NCBI GenBank assembly: GCA_045578045.1
Contig: JAZNJM010000081.1
Span: 1-63,580, forward strand
Reading direction: 5' to 3'
Length of the DNA stretch: 63,580 bases
Source: Eubacteriales bacterium
GTDB lineage: Bacteria; Bacillota; Clostridia; Oscillospirales; CAG-382
Shown here: piece by piece, positions 47,596 through 56,641 of the stretch
Layout of the letters: each line of letters opens with the position of its first letter
Numbering within the stretch: position 1 is the first letter of the stretch
The notes under the pieces: generated by a model
The model's input: the letters and a program-made list of their open reading frames with translations, nothing else
Databases searched by the model: none
Told to the model about the DNA's origin: nothing
Position numbers and translations under genes: made by a program

Positions 47596-48951
47596 TTAGT
47601 CAATATATATTTTCCCTGTTTTTTCCTCTTTAAAATCATCTGAATTGTATTCATCATCATTCCAAATAATCTCTTTTTTCGGTAAACGTCTTTTTCCGCC
47701 CACCTTTGTAAAGTCGCTGAAGAAAGCAGGATATGATTTTTTAACAGAATCGTTTGATTCTATAACGCTATCCCCCTTTGAAAACGCAGCAGCAATAGAC
47801 AAAGCCATAGCAATTCTATGGTCTCCAAAGTCGAAAGCCTCTCCACCATCTAAGCAACCGTTACCAAGAATATATAGGTCATCCCCTATTGCTTCAATAT
47901 CTGCTCCTAAAGATGTCAATGCATCGCAAACCTGATGTAAACGGTCGCTCTCACGATAGAATGACTGTCCGCAATTCTCTAATCTGCTTTTTCCCTTTGC
48001 AAAACACGACAAAACAGCCAAAATTGGAACAAGATGAGGGATATCAGCACAATCAACGTGAATTGGAGAAATTTTATTTCTTGAAACTGAAACAAAATTT
48101 TCAGCTTGTATCACGTTTGCACCGAAATCGGAAAGAATATTGATAATTCTTCTATTCGTTTGATGAGAAGCAGAATACAAATTATCAACAGTTACTCCAC
48201 CGCCTAAAGCACCCGCAACAAGATACGGAGCAGAAAGTGAATAGTCTCCCTCAACGAAAAAGTCGCCCGAAGAATATCCATCTGAGGGAATTATTATTTT
48301 ATTATTCTCAGAATCAAAAACAGAATTAACTCCAAAAGCATTTTGAACGAAAGAAACGGGACTTATATATTCTCTATACGAAACCTCTTCAGAAAGGAAT
48401 ATTTCACATTCTCTTTTTCTGTATGGCAACGCAATCATCATACCCGCTAAAAATTGGGAAGAAGAATTTGTTGGAACAAAAAATTTGTCTGCGTTTAACT
48501 TTCCTCTTATGGAAATTATTTCAGAATCAATTTTATAAACCTCTATTCCGCTTTGGGAAAATAGCACCTTAAATTCCTCAACGGAACGCTGTGGAAGACT
48601 TCCCGTTCCATAGAATGAAGCGTTTATACCCAAAACAGCAGCAAGAGGAACGGCAAATCTTAACGTTTCTCCGCTTTGTTTACAATGAAAATCAAAATGC
48701 TTTTCACGATTTATATTAGACAATCCTTTTCCGTTGACTATCAAATCGTTTCCATCATATTCGATAATAACTCCAAGCTGTGTTAAACAAGAAATCGTTG
48801 CTTTAACGTCATCACTAACTCCTGCGTTTGAGACTCTACATTCTGTTCCCGAAAGAGCAGCACAGAACAACGCTTTATGAGCCATAGATTTTGACGGCGG
48901 TGCTTTAATAATACCCGATATTTCAGACGGCGATATAAACATTTTTGCCAT
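47596..48951 (-). CDS. aroA: 3-phosphoshikimate 1-carboxyvinyltransferase (EPSP synthase) with a charged C-terminal tail
   Basis: N-terminal PPSKSMAHKAL and EPSP-synthase fold sequence throughout. There is an extra tail of about 30 aa (KRRLPKKEIIWNDDEYNSDDFKEE...). Confidence 0.88.
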   Translation of the reverse strand: MAKMFISPSEISGIIKAPPSKSMAHKALFCAALSGTECRVSNAGVSDDVKATISCLTQLGVIIEYDGNDLIVNGKGLSNINREKHFDFHCKQSGETLRFAVPLAAVLGINASFYGTGSLPQRSVEEFKVLFSQSGIEVYKIDSEIISIRGKLNADKFFVPTNSSSQFLAGMMIALPYRKRECEIFLSEEVSYREYISPVSFVQNAFGVNSVFDSENNKIIIPSDGYSSGDFFVEGDYSLSAPYLVAGALGGGVTVDNLYSASHQTNRRIINILSDFGANVIQAENFVSVSRNKISPIHVDCADIPHLVPILAVLSCFAKGKSRLENCGQSFYRESDRLHQVCDALTSLGADIEAIGDDLYILGNGCLDGGEAFDFGDHRIAMALSIAAAFSKGDSVIESNDSVKKSYPAFFSDFTKVGGKRRLPKKEIIWNDDEYNSDDFKEEKTGKIYID

Positions 48952-49026
48952 ATAAAAAACCTCCTCTCGATGCTTTTAATAATAATTTTTCTATATAGAA
49001 AGAAACGAACTATTTTATTTAGCAAT

Positions 49027-49055
49027 ATTATACAATATTTTTTTTACATTTTCAA
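49027..49055 (-). promoter_or_regulatory. Sigma-A-type promoter for aroA
   Basis: On the minus strand: TTGAAA (49050-49055), 17-nt spacer, TATAAT (49027-49032). Confidence 0.6.
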
Positions 49056-49166
49056 GAGGTTTATGCCAATTTTAACAATATTTTTTTAAAGTTTATTATA
49101 CCATCATTTCACATTATGCTAAAAAGTAACATAGAGATATTTATATAACATCATTTTCTAAAATAT

Positions 49167-49243
49167 CAACAACAAAAAAACTGTTGCAAAAACTTTTAAG
49201 GTCTGCAACAGTTTTAGTTGAACAATTTGTTTTATGAAAATAC
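49167..49243. repeat. 77-bp direct repeat, copy A (carries a terminator-like hairpin)
   Basis: Matches 50090-50166 with 4 mismatches by my alignment. Confidence 0.9.
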
Positions 49244-49486
49244 ACTTAGGTTAAAATTATATTACAGCTATTTATTTTAAGAAAAAAGCTAAATATCAAG
49301 TTTTTTTAAATGTTATAATTTTCAGTATCGCTTTCTTAAAATTTTTTTACATCTCTTCCAAATTAGCTTGATTTTGAGAGATTTACTTTTTTATATGCCT
49401 TTTTTCCATAGTTTGTTATATGGTTTTAAAGACAACTCCTTTGAACGTGCCGGCTGTTTTGCATATTGGAATTTGGTAACATCTCA

Positions 49487-49945
49487 TTATAAAACCAAAT
49501 TACCAATAGATTTTTCACCTGTAACCCACTCTCCAAGATTATTTGCCGATTTTTCGGTAAAAAAGGAACAATATGAAATTTGCTTATCTCTGCGCTTTCT
49601 TCCACCTAAAAACCCCCACAACGTAGAAGGTATTCCGATAACAATCAAATATAGCGGTCCCAACACAAGAGATTGAATTGTATGTCCATATTCATGCACC
49701 AAAATTTGATTTGAAAGTTCTTTAACACTCATTTGCCCCTCGTATTTTTTTGCAAAAAAAGGTTCAGCAGTGAGAAATACAAACATCCCCAAGGATACAC
49801 TTGTATTTAATTTCCAAACCGTAACTAATGCCCCATGATACCAAAAATGTTTATTCTTACGGTGCATCAGAAACACAATAAAGCCCAACAAAGATTGAAA
49901 AAATCCCCATGTGCATTGCCATATTTTATACATTGCTAATCTCAT
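49487..49945 (-). CDS. Small polytopic membrane protein with an HExxH motif (putative zincin-like)
   Basis: LVHEYGHTIQ lies between predicted TM helices. Start trimmed to MRLAMYK, which follows a GGAGG RBS. Confidence 0.6.
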   Translation of the reverse strand: MRLAMYKIWQCTWGFFQSLLGFIVFLMHRKNKHFWYHGALVTVWKLNTSVSLGMFVFLTAEPFFAKKYEGQMSVKELSNQILVHEYGHTIQSLVLGPLYLIVIGIPSTLWGFLGGRKRRDKQISYCSFFTEKSANNLGEWVTGEKSIGNLVL

Positions 49946-50089
49946 AAAAGCCTCCGTAAAAATATTATTTACATAAGGGTATTGTAGCATAAAGCTGTGG
50001 GAATGTCAATGATTTTTCAACGTTATTTCCGTTGTATCCGTTGTAATATCAAAAAAGATGATGATAAAATGAATTAACGCAGAAAAATG

Positions 50090-50166
50090 CAACAGCAAAA
50101 AAACTGTTGCAAAGACTTTTAAGGTCTGCAACAGTTTTAGTTGAACGATTTGTTTTATGCAAATAC
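50090..50166. repeat. 77-bp direct repeat, copy B (3' UTR and rho-independent terminator of the ferredoxin gene)
   Basis: Minus-strand hairpin CUGUUGCAGAC...GUCUUUGCAACAG followed by U7. The repeat ends exactly at the ferredoxin stop codon. Confidence 0.9.
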
Positions 50167-50339
50167 TATTCTTTGATAGCATCAACGGGGCAAGCGCCTG
50201 CACATGCGCCGCATCCGAGACATTCATCAGCGTTGATAACATATTTTCCATCTGTATCAACAGTGATTGCTCCAACGGGACATTCAGATTCGCAAGTTCC
50301 ACAACCGATGCAAGTGTCTTTGTCGATTACGTATGCCAT
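50166..50339 (-). CDS. fdx: 2x[4Fe-4S] clostridial-type ferredoxin (57 aa), absent from the supplied ORF track
   Basis: My translation of the minus strand gives MAYVIDKDTCIGCGTCESECPVGAITVDTDGKYVINADECLGCGACAGACPVDAIKE, which contains two CxxCxxCxxxCP motifs. Confidence 0.85.
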   Translation of the reverse strand: MAYVIDKDTCIGCGTCESECPVGAITVDTDGKYVINADECLGCGACAGACPVDAIKE

Positions 50340-50539
50340 AAGTAATTCCTCCGTTAAGGTTTTTTTGTATATGTATTATACGAGTATATAATACCACAAA
50401 TAATTATATTTTTCAAGTGCTTTTTATAATCTTTTTCAAAATAAGCTAAATTTAAATATAAAACGATATTTCAGAACGATAAAACAATAAAAAAGCACAA
50501 GATGTTATATATTATAAATACATTTTTTTTAAATTATTA

Positions 50540-51025
50540 TCATTTATGATATTTTTTTCCATTAGAAATTGTAAAAGCTCTGTATATTTGTTCAAGAAGC
50601 ATAACACGGGCAAGTTGATGTGGAAAGGTCATAGCAGACATAGAAAGTTTGAAATCACACATATTTTTTAATTTCTGTGATAAACCGAAGCTGGAGCCTA
50701 TTATGAAAGCAAAAGACGAATATCCACATTCTCTTTTTTCATCAATAAGCATTGATAAATCTTCAGACGAAACTTTCTTTCCCTCGATACATAAAGCTAT
50801 CTTGTATGCGCCCTTTGGAATTGCAGACATTATTTTGTTTGCTTCATTTTCAAGGGCTTTTTCTATAACCGCATCAGACAAGGTTTTATTTTCATCTAAG
50901 GGTTCAGGGCGAATTTTAACAGTTTCAATTTCTGAAAATGCTGAGATTCTTTTTTCATATTCCTTTGAAGCCGTATTAAAATATTCAGCACCCGTATCTC
51001 CACAAAAAATTAAAGTTATTCGCAT
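50540..51025 (-). CDS. rlmH: 23S rRNA (pseudouridine1915-N3)-methyltransferase
   Basis: A 161-aa SPOUT protein with an RlmH-typical C-terminus (MTFPHQLARVMLLEQIYRA). Confidence 0.9.
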   Translation of the reverse strand: MRITLIFCGDTGAEYFNTASKEYEKRISAFSEIETVKIRPEPLDENKTLSDAVIEKALENEANKIMSAIPKGAYKIALCIEGKKVSSEDLSMLIDEKRECGYSSFAFIIGSSFGLSQKLKNMCDFKLSMSAMTFPHQLARVMLLEQIYRAFTISNGKKYHK

Positions 51026-52287
51026 TTTTCAAGAGCCAAACGAACATCATCGAGAATATCATCAATATGTTCAATTCCAACGGAAAATCTGATAAGACCA
51101 GGATGAACCCCTGCACCAACTAATTGTTCGTCTGTTAATTGTCTATGTGTTGCAGAAGCAGGATGAAGAACCATAGTATTAACCGCAGCAACGTGAACAG
51201 CGTTTGTTGCCATCTTTAAGGATTTCATAAATTCCATTGCTGACGCTCTTCCGCCTTTAAGTATAAAGGAAACAACTCCGCTTGAACTTCCATTGTCAAA
51301 ATATTTCTTAGCCAATTCTCTATATGAATCAGATTCAAGCCCTGGATATAATACTTTTTCAACTTTTGGAGAATTTTCTAAAAACTCAGCAACCTTTAAA
51401 GCGTTTTCAGAATGAGCTTTCATTCTAACGCTTAAGGTTTGTATTCCTAAATCCAACAAAAACGCACTCATTGCGGGGGGATATGAACCAAAATCTCTTG
51501 TTAGTTGAAGTCTTGCTTTTGCTATGTATGCAGATTTTCCGAATTTTTCCGTATAAGTTACTCCGTGATATGATTCATCAGGAGTTGAAAGGCAAGTATA
51601 TCCATTTCCCGCCCAATCAAAATTACCGCTATCTACGATAACACCGCCAACTTGAACAGCGTGTCCATCGAGATATTTTGACGTTGAATGAACAACAATA
51701 TCAGCACCATATTCTATCGGACGACAAAGGGCAGGAGTTGGAAAAGTATTATCAACGATAAGGGGAACTCCGTGTTTATGAGCAACTCTTGCAAATTTCT
51801 CAATATCCAAAACAGAAAGAGCAGGATTTGCCAAAGATTCGCCAAAAAGTGCTTTTGTGTTTGGTTTAAAGAATTTATCAAGCTCTTCTTCAGAAAGGTC
51901 TTGGTCAACGAGGGTACATTCAATTCCCAATCTCTTCAAAGTTACCATAAATAGATTGACAGTACCACCGTATATTTTTGAAGAAGAAATAAAGTGATCT
52001 CCCGCTTCCATAATATTAAGGAGGCTCATCATAGATGCCATTTGTCCCGAAGAAGTGCAAAGAGCTCCAACGCCACCCTCTAAAGCGGCTATTTTTTCTT
52101 CAACGCAAGCAACAGTTGGGTTTGAAATTCTTGAATACATATGTCCGTCTTCAACAAGATCAAAAAGTGCCCCAACCTTTTCGGCTGTATCATATGAATA
52201 TGTTGTACTCTGATATATGGGTAAAGCCATTGGTTCTCCGTTTTCAGGCTTATAACCCGCTCTTATACATTTTGTTTCTGTTCTCAT
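51016..52287 (-). CDS. metY: O-acetylhomoserine aminocarboxypropyltransferase/sulfhydrylase (PLP-dependent)
   Basis: Cys/Met-metabolism PLP family, with HSTSKYLDGH (PLP lysine). Confidence 0.9.
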   Translation of the reverse strand: MRTETKCIRAGYKPENGEPMALPIYQSTTYSYDTAEKVGALFDLVEDGHMYSRISNPTVACVEEKIAALEGGVGALCTSSGQMASMMSLLNIMEAGDHFISSSKIYGGTVNLFMVTLKRLGIECTLVDQDLSEEELDKFFKPNTKALFGESLANPALSVLDIEKFARVAHKHGVPLIVDNTFPTPALCRPIEYGADIVVHSTSKYLDGHAVQVGGVIVDSGNFDWAGNGYTCLSTPDESYHGVTYTEKFGKSAYIAKARLQLTRDFGSYPPAMSAFLLDLGIQTLSVRMKAHSENALKVAEFLENSPKVEKVLYPGLESDSYRELAKKYFDNGSSSGVVSFILKGGRASAMEFMKSLKMATNAVHVAAVNTMVLHPASATHRQLTDEQLVGAGVHPGLIRFSVGIEHIDDILDDVRLALEKCE

Positions 52288-52355
52288 TTTATTTAGCTTT
52301 ATGCGTTTGACAAAAAACGCTTTCCTTTCAAAATTTATACAAAACTATAAATATA

Positions 52356-53321
52356 TTATTTTAAATATGCTTCAAGAATTGTTGGAAGATTTGCCCAATT
52401 TAGTTCTTTTCCCGAAGAAGCCGCAAGCTCAGGGAAGTTTTTAACTTCGTGCAAACCGTCATATATTGCAAACAAAACCATATATTCTTCTTTATTTATA
52501 GTATTCTTCTCAATACAAGAGAAAAAGTCTGAAATTATATCAGAAGAATTTCTTATCTTTTCATTTGAAAATACAGAATTGAATATGCTATCGTATATCT
52601 TACCAAACATATCAGAAGCCGCGTTAGAATCATATGAATCCTCAGGAATTTCCGTGAAAATAGCATTTGCATTTTCAGGCGTTATAACAGCTTCTCCAGC
52701 AAGAGTTATATACTGAATATCATCGGGATTCTGTTCGTTATAATCTTTCATTTCAGGATCTTCATATTTAACCTCATATGGAAGGTTACAAACAATTTCA
52801 ATTTCGTTATCTTTACATATTGTTGTTTCTGTGAAAAAACGATTCATTGATTCTGTATCAAAAACAACGTATCCTTTAACAGACACACCAAGAACGTATT
52901 GAAGTTTTCCACAAAGATATTTTTCTCCGTTAGAAGCATAAACCTCTTTTATACTTCTTGTATATCCATTTACAGTCAAAGTGCTTCCAACGGGAATAGA
53001 TTCAAACACGAGCTTTCCTGTTTCTTCATTAAGGCAAAAAAGTTTAGCATTAACCAAAGATTTATTATGGTCTTCATAAAAAATCACGTATGCATCGCCA
53101 AATTCTTCCGTTGATGGAATAACTTCTTCTGAACCGTCTATTTCACCGTCATAATATGACTCTGCGTTTTCATATGAATATTCAGTTTGATCTTCCGAAC
53201 CGTTTTCAACACCGCTGAAAAGTCCTTCAAGAATCCCGTTTACAGCCAGATAACTAACAACTGCAAAAAGTATTGCCGCAAGAGCAAACGTTATTATAAA
53301 ATTTCTAAAAGCCGTTGACAT
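52356..53321 (-). CDS. Membrane-anchored extracytoplasmic protein of unknown function
   Basis: Single N-terminal TM helix, then an acidic soluble domain. I recognise no motif. Confidence 0.55.
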   Translation of the reverse strand: MSTAFRNFIITFALAAILFAVVSYLAVNGILEGLFSGVENGSEDQTEYSYENAESYYDGEIDGSEEVIPSTEEFGDAYVIFYEDHNKSLVNAKLFCLNEETGKLVFESIPVGSTLTVNGYTRSIKEVYASNGEKYLCGKLQYVLGVSVKGYVVFDTESMNRFFTETTICKDNEIEIVCNLPYEVKYEDPEMKDYNEQNPDDIQYITLAGEAVITPENANAIFTEIPEDSYDSNAASDMFGKIYDSIFNSVFSNEKIRNSSDIISDFFSCIEKNTINKEEYMVLFAIYDGLHEVKNFPELAASSGKELNWANLPTILEAYLK

Positions 53322-53422
53322 ATTTTATTCCTCTATTATCTTTCAGTTATTTTAATGTTTACTGAACAAAGAATAATAATTCAGAAAAAAGATTTTTTTA
53401 ATTTCCAAATTAAGAGATTATT

Positions 53423-55096
53423 TTACTTATATTCTATCTTATATGAACCTTTGTTCTTTTTCAGCCATTCGTCTGCTTTTGAGCCTTTTTTAACGTAAAC
53501 CGTTTCTAAGGCTTTGCTTGATTTAAAAATATCAGCTCCTAAGGTGGAAACGCTTTCAGGGATATATATTGTTTTTAACCCCTTTGAATTAGCAAAAGAC
53601 TCTTTTTTAAGACTTGTGAGAGAAGAAGGCAAAGTTATATCGGAAAAGCTATCGCAATATGAAAAAGAATATTCTCCAATAGTTTTTAATCCTTTTGGGA
53701 AAGATACGCTTGGAAGTTTTCTACAACAGAAAAAGGCATATTTTCCAACTGTTTCGAGTTTAGAGGGAATATTAACTTCGGTGAGCTTCAAGCAATGACA
53801 GAAGAAATATTCAGGAATGGTTTTCAAATTATCCGAAAGTCTGACAGACTTTAAAGAAGGACAATCATAGAAAACATATGTTCCAACGTCTGAAACAGAA
53901 TCTGTCATTGAAACTTTTTCAAGTTTTTTACAACCAAGGAAAACGCTTCCGCCAATACTCGTTACAGAATCGGGAATTGAAACCTCTTTCATAGCACCAT
54001 ACGAAAAAGCATATGATTTAATTTCTTTAACTGAGTTTCCGAAAGTTACGTTTTCAAGAGCCGTACAAGAATAAAATGCATATTTAGGAACAATTCCGTT
54101 TGACGTTTCTATATGAACAGTTTTCAATGAAGGGCAATTAGCAAAAGCATATTCCTCCACCAAGGCTTTTCCCATATCAAGCGTGTTAAGATTATCACAT
54201 CCGTCAAATGCGTTTTTGCCAATAAACGTAACAGATTCAGGTATAGAAACTTTTTCAAGAGAATCGCAATTATTAAAAGCATTTGCTTTAATTTCTTTCA
54301 AATTTCCTTGTGGAAGAGAAGAAAGTTTTTTGCAATTATAAAAAGCACGTTCAGGAATTATTATTTCATCCTTTTGAAATTTAATTTCATTTAATGAAAG
54401 ACAGTTTTCAAATATTCCAATTCCCATATCTGTAAGAGATTTGGGAAGTTTTACATTGTCAAGAAGAGCATTATCTGAAAAACCAAAATCTCCAATTTTT
54501 TTAAGACCTTCTTCAAAAGAAACTGTTTTCAAGGCTTTCATTGAAGAAAAAGCCTTTGTTCCTATTTTAGAAACGGAAGAAGAAAAGGAAACGTTTTCTA
54601 TAAAGCAATTCTTTTCCACAGCATAATCAAGGATTTCAGAAACCCCCGAAATATTCAAAGACTTTAAATCTACCATAACAGGACAGGATATAAGAATACT
54701 GCCCGATTTGTCATAAAGACAGCCATCAACAGATTTATAATTCGGGTTTTTTTCATCAACGATAATTTTTTTCAAAGATGTGCAATCTCTGAAAGGGTTA
54801 CCCTTTATTTCCTTCACTGTTGAAGGTATATAAACCTCCGTTACATTTTTGGAAGACGTGAAGGTTTTACTGTCAAGAAGTAACGAAGTGCTATTGCCAA
54901 ATTTTTCAGGTATATTAACAACTTCTTCATCACCAAAATATTTAACTATTTCAGCAATTTTTTTATCATTGATTTTATATTGAAAATCATCAACTGTTAC
55001 TTCGTTTCCACAAGATGCAAAAGCAAAACAAGAGATAAACGTGGTTAACAGCAAACCGAATATCAAAATTTTTTTCTTCATATTACTAAAATCCAA
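53423..55096 (-). CDS. BspA-type leucine-rich-repeat lipoprotein
   Basis: Lipobox FAFASC-G, then many repeats of about 23 aa of the form ..I(P/G)..AF..C..L..V.IP.SV..I. Confidence 0.85.
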   Translation of the reverse strand: MDFSNMKKKILIFGLLLTTFISCFAFASCGNEVTVDDFQYKINDKKIAEIVKYFGDEEVVNIPEKFGNSTSLLLDSKTFTSSKNVTEVYIPSTVKEIKGNPFRDCTSLKKIIVDEKNPNYKSVDGCLYDKSGSILISCPVMVDLKSLNISGVSEILDYAVEKNCFIENVSFSSSVSKIGTKAFSSMKALKTVSFEEGLKKIGDFGFSDNALLDNVKLPKSLTDMGIGIFENCLSLNEIKFQKDEIIIPERAFYNCKKLSSLPQGNLKEIKANAFNNCDSLEKVSIPESVTFIGKNAFDGCDNLNTLDMGKALVEEYAFANCPSLKTVHIETSNGIVPKYAFYSCTALENVTFGNSVKEIKSYAFSYGAMKEVSIPDSVTSIGGSVFLGCKKLEKVSMTDSVSDVGTYVFYDCPSLKSVRLSDNLKTIPEYFFCHCLKLTEVNIPSKLETVGKYAFFCCRKLPSVSFPKGLKTIGEYSFSYCDSFSDITLPSSLTSLKKESFANSKGLKTIYIPESVSTLGADIFKSSKALETVYVKKGSKADEWLKKNKGSYKIEYK

Positions 55097-55150
55097 TCCA
55101 AATTATAGAGCTTTTGATATTAAACAATAAAAATAATAATCAGTTATAAG

Positions 55151-55176
55151 AAAAACCCACCTTGGAAAGGGCGGGC
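55151..55176 (-). terminator. Rho-independent terminator downstream of ftsZ
   Basis: Minus-strand RNA CCCGCC-cuuuccaa-GGUGGG (one G-U pair) followed by U5. Confidence 0.6.
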
Positions 55177-55188
55177 TTGCATTATACA

Positions 55189-55259
55189 GCCGAGAAGCTC
55201 GGCGCATTTCCACATCATAATCAATCTCCGTTGGACTGCATTTTAAGCAGTCCAAACGG
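55189..55259 (-). other. Two additional stable hairpins in the ftsZ 3' region
   Basis: GCCGAG-aag-CTCGGC (55189-55203) and CCGTTGGACTGC-atttta-aGCAGTCCAAaCGG (55229-55259). Confidence 0.45.
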
Positions 55260-55295
55260 AATATTAATTTATTTTAAGTAAATAATTCCTTCTAA

Positions 55296-56432
55296 TTAGT
55301 TTCTTCTATTGATAATATCGAAGAAATCTGCATCTCCTGAATCAGAAGTATTTTTTGAAGAAGGAGCAGCTTCAGCTGGAGTTTCCTGAGCAACAGGAGT
55401 AACAGGAGCTGTATAAACAGGTCTTCTATAGTCAGAAGTTCTCTTGTTTACATCAAAACCAGTTGCAACGAGAGTAACTTTCATTTCGTCTTCTAACGTT
55501 GGATCGAAAGCAGCACCGAAGATAATCTGAGCATCTGCCTGAGCTTCATTTGTTATCATTTCAACAGCCTGATCAACTTCATCAAGTCCAACATCGGGAG
55601 AAGCAGTTATGTTTACGATAATACCCTTTGCACCGCTTATATTTGTTTCCAACAAAGGAGAAGACATAGCAAGTTTTGCTGCCTGTTCTGCTTTATCCTT
55701 ACCCTTTGCAGAACCAACGCCCATATGAGCAAGACCGGCACCGCGCATAACTGTTTGAACGTCAGCAAAGTCGAGGTTAATCTCAGCATCAACAAGAATA
55801 AGATCACAAATACTCTGAACGCCTTTCTTCAAAACATCGTCTGCTTCTTGGAAAGCGTTAAGAAGAGTTATTTTTTTATCTGTGAGCATTTTAAGACGCT
55901 CGTTAGGAATTACGATAAGAGAATCAACGTATTCACGAAGTTTTTCAATACCAGCTTCAGCCTGAGCCATTCTTCTTGCACCTTCAAATTTGAAAGGCTT
56001 TGTTACAACAGCAACTGTTAATATTTCAAGCTGTTTTGCAATTCTTGCAACGATTGGAGCTGCACCTGTTCCTGTTCCGCCGCCCATACCTGCGGTTATG
56101 AAAACCATATCAGCGCCTTTAATAGCTTCTGTTATAGCTTCGATTGATTCATCAGCAGCTTTTTCGCCCAATTCGGGGTTAGCTCCTGCACCTCTACCCT
56201 TTGTTATGCGTTCACCAATAGAAATTTTAATGGGAGCAACAGACTTTTGAAGAATAGCAAGGTCTGTATTGATATTGATATATTCAACGCTTGCAAAAGC
56301 ATCGCTTTTCTGAGCAGAAACAGCAGAACTGCCAGATGTTGTTATCATTCTGTTAACAGCGTTTCCACCACCGCCGCCAACACCAATTACTTTAATTAAA
56401 ACAGGTGGTTGATTGATATAAGACTTGTCCAT
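55296..56432 (-). CDS. ftsZ: Cell division protein FtsZ
   Basis: Tubulin signature [10 protein letters not shown] and [15 protein letters not shown]. Confidence 0.98.
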   Translation of the reverse strand: MDKSYINQPPVLIKVIGVGGGGGNAVNRMITTSGSSAVSAQKSDAFASVEYININTDLAILQKSVAPIKISIGERITKGRGAGANPELGEKAADESIEAITEAIKGADMVFITAGMGGGTGTGAAPIVARIAKQLEILTVAVVTKPFKFEGARRMAQAEAGIEKLREYVDSLIVIPNERLKMLTDKKITLLNAFQEADDVLKKGVQSICDLILVDAEINLDFADVQTVMRGAGLAHMGVGSAKGKDKAEQAAKLAMSSPLLETNISGAKGIIVNITASPDVGLDEVDQAVEMITNEAQADAQIIFGAAFDPTLEDEMKVTLVATGFDVNKRTSDYRRPVYTAPVTPVAQETPAEAAPSSKNTSDSGDADFFDIINRRN

Positions 56433-56476
56433 TTAATTTTCCTCCAAATATACTTCCTATTTTCACTTATGCGTCT

Positions 56477-56505
56477 ATTATAATATGTTTTTTCCATAAT
56501 TGCAA
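56477..56505 (-). promoter_or_regulatory. Sigma-A-type promoter dedicated to ftsZ
   Basis: On the minus strand: TTGCAA (56500-56505), 17-nt spacer, TATAAT (56477-56482). Confidence 0.65.
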
Positions 56506-56641
56506 TAGCTTTTTTTTAATTTTTTATATTTTTTTTGTTTTTTTTCTTGTTTTTTTTGATTTTTCGATTTTTTTCGATTCTATTTTATCTTTTTCTTTTT
56601 TTATTTATTTTCTATAATTTTGAAATAACTATATTATAGAT

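Noticed and set aside
49368-49676. A 102-aa plus-strand ORF in the cassette region.
   Set aside because: It overlaps the 3' part of the HExxH membrane protein gene on the opposite strand, has no RBS and has no recognisable features.
50006-50391. Three track ORFs: 50006-50302 minus, 50107-50391 plus and 50157-50345 plus.
   Set aside because: They overlap a minus-strand frame encoding a perfect 2x[4Fe-4S] ferredoxin (50166-50339) and have no recognisable features themselves.
52288-52355. Expected SAM riboswitch or T-box leader upstream of metY.
   Set aside because: Only 68 nt separate metY from the upstream gene and no S-box or T-box conserved segments are visible. metY is probably co-transcribed with the upstream gene.
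55144-55218. A 24-aa minus-strand ORF (MMWKCAELLGCIMQARPFQGGFFL) with a GGAG 7 nt upstream.
   Set aside because: It runs straight through two hairpins and the terminator stem. It is more parsimoniously explained as RNA structure, and conservation cannot be assessed here.
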